Assembly (NCBI RefSeq): GCF_000009045.1
Contig: NC_000964.3
Span: forward strand, 720,001 to 752,000
From: Bacillus subtilis subsp. subtilis str. 168
Lineage (GTDB): Bacteria; Bacillota; Bacilli; Bacillales; Bacillaceae
Length of the DNA stretch: 32,000 nucleotides
Direction: 5' to 3'
Below the pieces are notes generated by a model, which saw only the letters and a program-made list of their open reading frames with translations, was not told the origin of the DNA and did not search any database. Positions 22,939 through 30,958 of the stretch are shown piece after piece; positions within the stretch are counted from its first letter, which is position 1; every line of letters begins with the position of its first letter. The translations under genes and the position numbers were made by a program.

Positions 22939-24738
22939 ATGGAAAATATAATTGAAATTAATTATAACCAAACTGGTAAAAGTAAGAAAACAAATGAATA
23001 CGGTATGCGTGAAATGCAGGCAAGAGCTTTTGAAAAACGTAACTCACAATATCTCTTAGTTAAAGCACCGCCAGCTTCTGGGAAATCTAGAGCTTTAATG
23101 TTTATCGGTTTGGATAAGCTCATAAATCAAGGTTTGAGGAAAGTGATTGTTGCTGTACCTGAACGCTCTATAGGTTCTTCATTTAAAAATACGGATTTAA
23201 AAAGTTATGGTTTCTTTGAAAATTGGAAAGTTGATCCTAGAAATAATTTAACTGTTGGCGGAGATAACTCTAAGGTTAAATCTTTTGTTCGTTTTATGGA
23301 ATCGGACGATCAGGTGTTAATATGTACGCACTCTACTTTGCGATTTGCGTTTGAAAAAATTGATGATAAAGCATTTGATAATTGTTTACTTGCAATAGAT
23401 GAATTTCACCATGTATCGGCAGATGTCAATTCTCGATTAGGTGAATTGTTAAGAAGTATTATTCATAATTCATCAGCACATATTGTAGCGATGACTGGGT
23501 CGTATTTCCGTGGAGATTCTGTACCAATTTTATTACCAGAAGATGAGGAATTATTTGACAAGGTAACTTATTCCTATTATGAACAACTTGATGGATATGA
23601 ATATCTAAAGGGATTTGGTATAGGATATCACTTCTATCAAGGCCAGTACACATCAGCTATTAATGAAGTATTGGATACAAATAAGAAAACAATCGTTCAT
23701 ATTCCAAATGTAAACTCAGGGGAATCGACAAAGGATAAGTACGATGAAGTTGGTAAGATACTTGATATGATTGGTGAAGTTGAATATCAAGATGATGATA
23801 CTGGAATTATTTATGTTAAGCGACATTCTGACGGTAAAACATTGAAAATTGCAGATTTAGTAGATGACCAAGTTGGAAGAGAAAATGTCGTTGCGTATTT
23901 GCGTAATATTGAAGCCCTAGACGATTTAGATATAATTATTGCTCTTGGTATGGCGAAAGAGGGCTTTGACTGGCCGTTTTGTGAACATACTTTGACAGTT
24001 GGTTATCGTGGCTCACTTACAGAAATAGTACAAATAATTGGGCGCTGTACACGTGATAGTTACAATAAAACCTATGCTCAATTTACCAACCTAATCGCAA
24101 TGCCTGATGCAAAGGATGAAGTAGTGACTTATACAGTGAATACAATGCTTAAAGCTATTTCTGCCTCACTTTTGATGGAGCAGGTCCTTACACCTGACTT
24201 TAAATTTAAACGTAGAAGAAATGAAAGTGAAAAATCTTCTACTACAGGAGAATTATTCGTTAAGGGATTGAAAGAACCATCAACAGAAAATGTCAAAAAG
24301 ATTATTGAAAATGATATTAATGATTTAAAAGCAAAAATCATGCAAGATTCACAAGTCCAAAAAACATTTAGTGGAGAAGTAGATCCCAAAGTATTGAACA
24401 AAGTGTTGATTCCGAAAGTTATTCAAAAAGTATATCCAAATTTATCAGATGAGGAAATTGAGGAAGTTAGACAGCACGTTGTTCTAGATACAGTTATGAA
24501 AGGTGCTAAGTCTGAAGTTGTAGGAAGTAAAGAATTTATAAGAATGGCAGATAAGTTTATAAACATTGAGGATTTAGATATCAATCTGATTGATTCCATC
24601 AATCCGTTCCAAAAAGCATTTGAGGTTCTATCGAAAGAATTGAACTCACCAGTGCTAAAACTGATTCAGGAAACTATTGATGCAAAACGTATTAATTTTG
24701 ATGAAGATGAACTAGTATTCATATGGCCAAAGGTTTAG
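22939..24738 (+). CDS. yeeB: Superfamily II helicase/ATPase (YeeB)
   Basis: Walker A-like KAPPASGKSRA, Walker B LLAIDEFHHV, motif III AMTGSYFRGD, motif VI VQIIGRCTRD; 11 nt after yeeA. Ends at an in-frame TAG (24736-24738). Confidence 0.88.
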   Translation: MENIIEINYNQTGKSKKTNEYGMREMQARAFEKRNSQYLLVKAPPASGKSRALMFIGLDKLINQGLRKVIVAVPERSIGSSFKNTDLKSYGFFENWKVDPRNNLTVGGDNSKVKSFVRFMESDDQVLICTHSTLRFAFEKIDDKAFDNCLLAIDEFHHVSADVNSRLGELLRSIIHNSSAHIVAMTGSYFRGDSVPILLPEDEELFDKVTYSYYEQLDGYEYLKGFGIGYHFYQGQYTSAINEVLDTNKKTIVHIPNVNSGESTKDKYDEVGKILDMIGEVEYQDDDTGIIYVKRHSDGKTLKIADLVDDQVGRENVVAYLRNIEALDDLDIIIALGMAKEGFDWPFCEHTLTVGYRGSLTEIVQIIGRCTRDSYNKTYAQFTNLIAMPDAKDEVVTYTVNTMLKAISASLLMEQVLTPDFKFKRRRNESEKSSTTGELFVKGLKEPSTENVKKIIENDINDLKAKIMQDSQVQKTFSGEVDPKVLNKVLIPKVIQKVYPNLSDEEIEEVRQHVVLDTVMKGAKSEVVGSKEFIRMADKFINIEDLDINLIDSINPFQKAFEVLSKELNSPVLKLIQETIDAKRINFDEDELVFIWPKV

Positions 24739-24850
24739 GAATTTTATCGTTCAACTGGTAGAAGACCTGATTCAAAATCTGAAGACCCACTTGAAAGGCG
24801 TATGGGTGAAGCTGTATTATACATGCAAGAGCTTAGGAGGAAACGTGAAA

Positions 24851-25999
24851 ATGGCAAGTAATAGATACCATTCTATTAATGAAATCATGGAAAGTCAGCT
24901 GTTTTACCAAATCACAACACCACCTAAGAAAACACAAAAAGCCCAGTATGATCCTGAAGTTGAAAAGTTTTTGGAGATTATTGAATTCGTCAAAGAAAAT
25001 GGGCGAGAACCCCAAAAAGTCCCTACTGATTTAACTGAAAGAAGTTTAGCAAGTCGATTAATTGGGATTCGGAAAGATCCTGATCGTATGGAATATTTGA
25101 AAGAGTATGATGAAATTGGATTACTTGAAGTAAGATCGAAGGAACTAACAATTCCTAAAATTTCTTCAATTGATGATATTCTAAAAAGTGGCTTATCTGC
25201 ATTATTAGGTGATAATTTAAATAATGATATAACTAGGTCAATTTTTGATACAAGTTCACTTCAAAAGGTTACGACAATGCCTGAATACGTTGCAAAGCGT
25301 AAAAAAATAAAAGATTTTGGAAAGTTTGAAGAGCTATTCAAGAAGTGCCACAAGGAAATTACAGAGGGTAAACGAAAAATTTTAACTTTCAAAAATGAAC
25401 AAGACATACAGTCAAATAGTTTTTATATATTAAAAGGAGTTCTTCTTTATGTTGAAGATGTGGGAGAACGTAAAAAAGCAAAGGGAAAAACCAATGCTAG
25501 ACTTCGATGTATATTTGAAAATGGAACGGAATCAGATATGTTACTACGTTCCTTATCAGCGGAGTTATATAAACATGGTAGACGTGTGACCGACAATGAA
25601 GATACATTGTTGGATAATGTTAGAGAAGATGATGTTTCGACTGGCTTTATTTACGTACTAAAATCTTTGAGTACAGATCCGCAAATTAGTTCCATTAAGA
25701 ATTTATATAAGATCGGTTTTACAACTGGTTCAGTAGAAAATAGAATCAGGAATGCAGAAAATCAATCAACTTATCTTTATGCTCCAGTAGAAATTGTAAC
25801 CACATATCAAGTGTTCAATATGAATGCTAGCAAATTTGAGACGGCAATCCATCATGCGCTAGCAAATAATAATTTGGATGTTTCTATTTTGGGGGCAAAT
25901 GGAAAGATGTTAGTTCCTAAAGAGTGGTTCGTTGTCACACTTGAAGATTTACAAGCTGTAATAGATGAGATTGTGATGATGGTTCATCTTTATGACTAA
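24851..25999 (+). CDS. yeeC: GIY-YIG/T5orf172-like domain protein, putative nuclease (YeeC)
   Basis: C-terminus GFIYVLKSLS..ISSIKNLYKIGFTTGSVENRIRNAENQSTYLYAPVEIV...KFETAIHHALA...EWFVV matches the T5orf172/Mug113 subfamily pattern. AGGAGG SD before ATG 24851 (382 aa). Confidence 0.82.
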   Translation: MASNRYHSINEIMESQLFYQITTPPKKTQKAQYDPEVEKFLEIIEFVKENGREPQKVPTDLTERSLASRLIGIRKDPDRMEYLKEYDEIGLLEVRSKELTIPKISSIDDILKSGLSALLGDNLNNDITRSIFDTSSLQKVTTMPEYVAKRKKIKDFGKFEELFKKCHKEITEGKRKILTFKNEQDIQSNSFYILKGVLLYVEDVGERKKAKGKTNARLRCIFENGTESDMLLRSLSAELYKHGRRVTDNEDTLLDNVREDDVSTGFIYVLKSLSTDPQISSIKNLYKIGFTTGSVENRIRNAENQSTYLYAPVEIVTTYQVFNMNASKFETAIHHALANNNLDVSILGANGKMLVPKEWFVVTLEDLQAVIDEIVMMVHLYD

Positions 26000-26046
26000 A
26001 TTAGTATATTAGGATTTTAGTATTAATAATAATTTTATAGTAGACT

Positions 26047-26274
26047 ATGAAAAAATTTGATGCCATAACAATAACTTGTTCCGCTTTGGAGTTTGTCACA
26101 ATTGTAGAATTATGTGTTGCGAGTATTAATAGGAAGGGGTTGAGCGACCGCAAAAAAAATTTTCGGTGCTGTCCGCAAAAGGGAGTTTGGGTGTTTTGCG
26201 TTATATTTGGTTGTGTGAAGGTTAGCGGAAACTCAATTCGTGAAGTTAGGATTGCGGTTATTACGACTGAGTAG
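26047..26274 (+). CDS. yeeD: Small ORF of uncertain coding status (yeeD position)
   Basis: 75-codon ORF with a CGCAAAA-repeat-rich 3' half; no recognisable domain; 3' end overlaps the opposite-strand ORF at 26261. Confidence 0.3.
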   Translation: MKKFDAITITCSALEFVTIVELCVASINRKGLSDRKKNFRCCPQKGVWVFCVIFGCVKVSGNSIREVRIAVITTE

Positions 26275-26566
26275 TTTCGTCATACTCTTTTAGCAGTTTT
26301 TCTGTCTTATGCATTTCTTTGAGCATCGGATTCATGTAGTCGTTAGCTGATTCTAGATATGCTCTCGTCAGAGTGTCTAGTTTATTTCTAACTTTAGAGA
26401 GGTCTTCTTCGAATTTTCCATCCGATGATTGAAGGATAAATTCTTTTGCCTCTTCATATCTTTTTAATATGTTTTTCACCATTGGAGTTGGATTCTTTTG
26501 ATTTATTGTTTTTATTACAGTGATTGTTAAATTTATTTGTTTTATTAATTCTTTTCTTACTGTCAA
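26261..26566 (-). CDS. Small predicted-helical hypothetical protein
   Basis: 101 aa, TTG start preceded by AAAAGGAG; same strand and downstream of yezA. Confidence 0.55.
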   Translation of the reverse strand: MTVRKELIKQINLTITVIKTINQKNPTPMVKNILKRYEEAKEFILQSSDGKFEEDLSKVRNKLDTLTRAYLESANDYMNPMLKEMHKTEKLLKEYDETTQS

Positions 26567-26632
26567 GGTGATGCTCCTTTTAAATCTCTATTCTATTTGA
26601 GAGTTGCTATATCTGTTTAATGGTTTGATAGA

Positions 26633-26839
26633 CTACTCATCTTTATAATTTAGAGCAATTTTTACAACTTGTTCCGCTGTGTAATCTTCATTGCTCCAGA
26701 AAATTAAATCACTTGGTGCCGGATAAGGAACATTTTTCTCTAATAAATCGAGATATTCACTGACTTTCTCATCATCTAATGTTGGGTTCATTAATTCCTT
26801 TACAAGAAAGATCAACTCTTCTTTTGTCAGTTTATCCAT
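26633..26839 (-). CDS. yezA: Colicin/pyocin-type immunity-like protein (YezA)
   Basis: 68 aa MDKLTKEELIFLVKELMNPTLDDEKVSEYLDLLEKNVPYPAPSDLIFWSNEDYTAEQVVKIALNYKDE resembles Im7/Im9 (LxxLxxxExxxxHPxGSDLIYYP..DDSPxxIV). Start at 26839 has a GGAGGG SD. Confidence 0.75.
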   Translation of the reverse strand: MDKLTKEELIFLVKELMNPTLDDEKVSEYLDLLEKNVPYPAPSDLIFWSNEDYTAEQVVKIALNYKDE

Positions 26840-27044
26840 TGTTTGCCCTCCAATAGATTGTATCTCCATTGATTTTACAAATGACTTTATTTCTTCTGAT
26901 AATGTTATAGGTTGTTTGCATAATGATAGATAATTGTCTTGAGAAAAGTTAGTCTCATTATAGAGTTTATTAATTGTATTTATAACAATATATTCATATG
27001 GAAAACCTCTAAAATATCTTTATTTTAGATTGGTTTATAAAAAA

Positions 27045-27078
27045 TAGCTCAGCAGAGTAGGGCTGAGCCATTTTTTAA
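27045..27078 (-). terminator. Terminator downstream of yeeF-yezG
   Basis: Minus strand AAAAAATGGCTCAGCCCTACTCTGCTGAGCTATTTTTT: GGCTCAG/CTGAGC stem plus U-tract. Confidence 0.75.
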
Positions 27079-27549
27079 TTATAGACCGAGGTAACTAATT
27101 ACAAATTCTTTATCATCCTCATCTTCAGGCAAAATACCAAGGTTTTTATATTCCCATATTGCGATTCTTTCATATCCATCTAATTCTGAGGCTAAAATAT
27201 CATCATAATTATAATCTAATTGGAATTCTCCGCTACGATCCAATGTTAGTGTAAGGTTAGTCCAAACATCATCGTTATTATTTCTGTGTTCAGTTCTTAA
27301 TTCTTCAAAAAGTTCTCTTAGTTCTCTTAACAACGTCTTGAAAATATCCTTGCTTACGTTGTAATGGCTAGGTATATCTTGTGAATAAATAATTTGATTA
27401 TTTTCTGGTGTTCTGAAATGAAAAAGAACCATTGTGGAATCATCTAATACTTCTGCATAAAGATATATCTTTGTCCATTCACCAGGTATGATGTCATTGA
27501 GTTTTTCTCCAATAAGTTGATACAAATCTTGCATCTTCCTAGTTTCCAT
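27079..27549 (-). CDS. yezG: Immunity protein YezG, cognate to LXG toxin YeeF
   Basis: Acidic protein of about 151-156 aa, 4-5 nt downstream of yeeF; YezG-family position and sequence. Confidence 0.88.
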   Translation of the reverse strand: METRKMQDLYQLIGEKLNDIIPGEWTKIYLYAEVLDDSTMVLFHFRTPENNQIIYSQDIPSHYNVSKDIFKTLLRELRELFEELRTEHRNNNDDVWTNLTLTLDRSGEFQLDYNYDDILASELDGYERIAIWEYKNLGILPEDEDDKEFVISYLGL

Positions 27550-27553
27550 TCTT

Positions 27554-29563
27554 CTAACCCCCAGGCTGATTTTTAATAGAGACGCTTATTTCTTTTCTGC
27601 TCCCAATTTTGTAGGTTACATCGAAATATGATGGTCTAAGTGAATCCCCAGAATAGACTGGTTCTATTTGAACTGCTACTTTTTTAGGTGGTTTTTTGCT
27701 TAGGGCTTTTGCCCACTCCTGCTCCATCTCATACCATTTCCCACCGCTCCTATTAATCTGAGAATTCATCGGCACGATATTGTCAAACTGGCCTGAGCCT
27801 TTGAATTGGGTGGCGATTAAATGGCCGCCGTCATCGTCAGGCTTTCGGTCCTGGGGCTTTCCAGCATTCGTTTGTGCATATTGGTTTCGTTTCGCTTCTC
27901 CCAGCTGCAAGTCTGCTTTGACACTTGTAATTCTACCATAGTTGTCAGTCGTGTACGTGTAGCCTTCTTTTGTTTTGTAGATGATATTAGGCTTCAGCAC
28001 TTTCTTTCTGCTCCATCTTGCGAAATGCTCGCCGTATTTGACGGTTACCGGCGGTACATGTGGCGCTGGAGTTCGTCTTCCGCTTGATGACGTTCCGTAT
28101 GGTTTCGGCAGGATGACCTTGGCGAATTTTTGCAGTCCTTCTTTAAGCGTGACCCCGTTGACTGCGTTGTAAGGAACGCCTGCCGGCACTAAATCATGAC
28201 GGGGATGATACGGGAGAATATCCGCAAGTGTGAGATCTCCGATTTGATTTAACTTGGTTTTGACGTGTTTTTTTGATACTTCAATGCCTGTGTTTACTTT
28301 TTGTTTGATGTGATCAACGGTTTGTTTTGAGACTGTTATGGCTTTTTGGGCTGTTGCTGATTTGCTTGCTGCTGTTTTGACTTTGGTCGTCACTTTGGCG
28401 GCTGTGCCAGTTTTTGAGACGGCTCCTACGCCTTTTGTGCCGACAATTGATGTGACAACAGTGCCAACCGCATATGACACCCATCTTGCTCTTGAGTAGG
28501 TGTCACCATTCACCATGTCTTTTTGATACGATTCTTCGATTGCCGCTGAAATGGCTTCATACGTTTTGATCGGGTGAGCCATCGCTCCGGTAATCGCTTC
28601 AACGGTTCCTCCCGGATCTGTGACCATATCCCACAGGCCTACGACCGCGTCTTTCCCGGAATCATAAAGGCCGACGGCAACCCCTTTGAAGCCTGCTTCA
28701 AGCTCACGCGTGTTTTCAATTTGGGTGAAGTATCTCTGTTGTTCAGCTGTCAGATTTTCATAGCCGATCGTTTTTGCCATTTCGTAGAATTCATCGGCAT
28801 CTGCATAATCGTAGTTTTTCAGTCTTTCTTTCAGTTTCTCAATCTCGCGTTCCTTCGCTTCCTCTTTCTTAATCTTCAAGTAAGCCTCAGTCCGCTTTTC
28901 AATGTCGCCTTTTTTCTTATGTATGTCACTCTCACGGTACGCCTTGGCGTTGTAGTGGATGGGTGTGGCGTTTTTGCCTTTACCCGTTGCTTCTTGGAGC
29001 TTTTGGAAGTCGGATTTGATGAATTGTTCGTTTGGTTCAGACAGGGCGTATTCTGTTTTCAGGTCTTCGTCCAAGGCGTCCAATTTTTCCAGTGTTTTTT
29101 TGCGTTTGTCGTTGGCATCGGCCAGCTCGTCTTTGAAGGTTTCTGTTGAAAACAGGTCGAGCGGGAGGATGTCGTCGATATCGTTTAGGATGTCTTTCAT
29201 CGCTTTTTTCTGTTCGGACATGATGGATTTAGATTTTTTATTGGCATTTGCCAGTTCGTGCTCCAGGAAGGATTCTTCGATGTATGCGTCTGAGAGGCCT
29301 TTGTCTTCGGCGGCTCCGGCGATGCTGTTGAAAAATGCGATTTTCATGTCGATGTAGTCGATCCACTGGTCGGCGACGCCGACGTGGTCGTGATAGAATG
29401 CCTTGATGTTGCTGGCGCCTTTTCCTGAGAATTCACTGTCACTGAGATCAGCGACTCCTTTTAACGCTTTTCTCAAGTTGACCATTTGCGTTCTTAGTTC
29501 TTTGTACTCTTTTGCACGGTCTGTCGCTTCCGAAAGCAGTGTTTTCGCTTCAAATACTTTCAT
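27554..29563 (-). CDS. yeeF: LXG-domain polymorphic toxin with C-terminal DNA/RNA non-specific endonuclease-type domain (YeeF)
   Basis: N-terminal LXG-like helical [48 protein letters not shown] pre-toxin region, C-terminal [14 protein letters not shown]...[27 protein letters not shown]. Confidence 0.93.
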   Translation of the reverse strand: MKVFEAKTLLSEATDRAKEYKELRTQMVNLRKALKGVADLSDSEFSGKGASNIKAFYHDHVGVADQWIDYIDMKIAFFNSIAGAAEDKGLSDAYIEESFLEHELANANKKSKSIMSEQKKAMKDILNDIDDILPLDLFSTETFKDELADANDKRKKTLEKLDALDEDLKTEYALSEPNEQFIKSDFQKLQEATGKGKNATPIHYNAKAYRESDIHKKKGDIEKRTEAYLKIKKEEAKEREIEKLKERLKNYDYADADEFYEMAKTIGYENLTAEQQRYFTQIENTRELEAGFKGVAVGLYDSGKDAVVGLWDMVTDPGGTVEAITGAMAHPIKTYEAISAAIEESYQKDMVNGDTYSRARWVSYAVGTVVTSIVGTKGVGAVSKTGTAAKVTTKVKTAASKSATAQKAITVSKQTVDHIKQKVNTGIEVSKKHVKTKLNQIGDLTLADILPYHPRHDLVPAGVPYNAVNGVTLKEGLQKFAKVILPKPYGTSSSGRRTPAPHVPPVTVKYGEHFARWSRKKVLKPNIIYKTKEGYTYTTDNYGRITSVKADLQLGEAKRNQYAQTNAGKPQDRKPDDDGGHLIATQFKGSGQFDNIVPMNSQINRSGGKWYEMEQEWAKALSKKPPKKVAVQIEPVYSGDSLRPSYFDVTYKIGSRKEISVSIKNQPGG

Positions 29564-29774
29564 GACCATTTCCCTTCTTTTGTTCGCTCAATATCAAAAT
29601 TTTACCACGGGTCGGGATAAGGTGGGGGTGAGAACGTGTTTTGGTGGAAAAATGAGTCATTTGGCATGTGTCTTTATTCGTGGAGGGATTGGAGGAAACA
29701 TGGTCGAAATGATATTGATTGCTACACATTTTTTGGAAGTTTGTATTCTATATTGTTTTTTAAGGAGCATGTTG

Positions 29775-30797
29775 ATGACGAAAAAACGGATTACATTTGG
29801 TTTATTAGTTTTAATGGTATGTGTCATCCTGTTTGTTCTGTATGTTCAGTTACGCAATAAAGATAGTATTCCTGTCCAATCTTCCGCCATTCACCCCGAA
29901 GAAGACCGCATCTTTTTTATTTACTCCAATCCTTTCATAAAAGAAAGCGTGCTGCTTTCAACCTCTACAGGCGAACGGTTTAACAGGCGTACGTTTAAGG
30001 TGGCGGATGTGCCTTATATTCAAACGAAATCTTATGCATCAACAGACCTTGTATTATTGGCGGAACACGAGCCTTTTTACTACACGCTGGAGAAGGATGT
30101 GATCAAAGAGCATCCGCTGTCAGATCCATTTGCGTTTTGGTATGAGGGGAAGGATGTCACTATTGAGGCCTATAATGTTGATACGACGGGAAATGAGATC
30201 CACATAAACGACAGAAAAACGAAAAAGGAATATACCCTTACCTTGCCTCCGCTTGTCACAATGGGGGCCAGTGATGAGAACTTTATTTATATCATTCAAA
30301 GCATGTCTATTTACGTGATTGACAGAAAAACAGAGGAAATGATTGAGACCCTGAGCTTAGCCTCATACGCTGATCAATTCGCAGACTCGGAGGAATTTAT
30401 CGTCGCGAGCTCGGATCATAAATTGACTGTGATTGAAAAAGGGACATGGAAGACGACATATATTGCGTATCCTGAAGATCTTGAATATGCAGATACTGTG
30501 TACTATGACAAAGAAAGCGGCAGTTTTTACGTGGCGTACGAGGACAAAGAGGGTGGAGCGAACTTGCTGGAATATGGGGAGGATTTTTCTATTCACACAT
30601 ACAGCTTGAAATTCCCTTATATGGAGGCGAAGTTTAAGGGGAATCTATTGTATATAGTTGCCCAGGAAGAGCATAAAAAGGGCATCGGCGGATACGTGGG
30701 TGTGTTTGATATCCATTCTAAGGAGATGCTTTATCAGTTTGATTTGCCTGAGGAACAGGTGAAGGTTCAGGATTTTGTTGTGGTTGACAATAAGTGA
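29775..30797 (+). CDS. Membrane-anchored, probably beta-propeller-like, hypothetical protein
   Basis: 340 aa from MTKKRITFGLLVLMVCVILFVLY (N-terminal TM helix) with a TAAGGAG SD. Repetitive strand-like segments (VYVIDRKTEEMIETLSL, YVGVFDIHSKEMLYQFDL). Upstream ORF-track codons judged non-coding. Confidence 0.65.
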   Translation: MTKKRITFGLLVLMVCVILFVLYVQLRNKDSIPVQSSAIHPEEDRIFFIYSNPFIKESVLLSTSTGERFNRRTFKVADVPYIQTKSYASTDLVLLAEHEPFYYTLEKDVIKEHPLSDPFAFWYEGKDVTIEAYNVDTTGNEIHINDRKTKKEYTLTLPPLVTMGASDENFIYIIQSMSIYVIDRKTEEMIETLSLASYADQFADSEEFIVASSDHKLTVIEKGTWKTTYIAYPEDLEYADTVYYDKESGSFYVAYEDKEGGANLLEYGEDFSIHTYSLKFPYMEAKFKGNLLYIVAQEEHKKGIGGYVGVFDIHSKEMLYQFDLPEEQVKVQDFVVVDNK

Positions 30798-30958
30798 ATA
30801 CTATATGAAATAGAATGACAAAGACCCTTGCATAAAGGGTTCTTTTTTATGAAAAAAACAAATTGACAGGATGAAAAAACAATTTCTTCCTTCTATATTG
30901 TTTTCAAAATTTGGGATTGATAGAATATGACATATCTCATAGAGAAGGAGGGAAGCCG

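Noticed and set aside
28574-29149. 191-aa plus-strand ORF opposite yeeF
   Set aside because: Phe/Val-rich antisense of the helical LXG toxin; no SD or domain.
29403-29774. N-terminal 124 codons of the ORF-track ORF 29403-30797
   Set aside because: Overlaps the yeeF 5' end and its promoter region; a better SD/ATG and TM start is at 29775.
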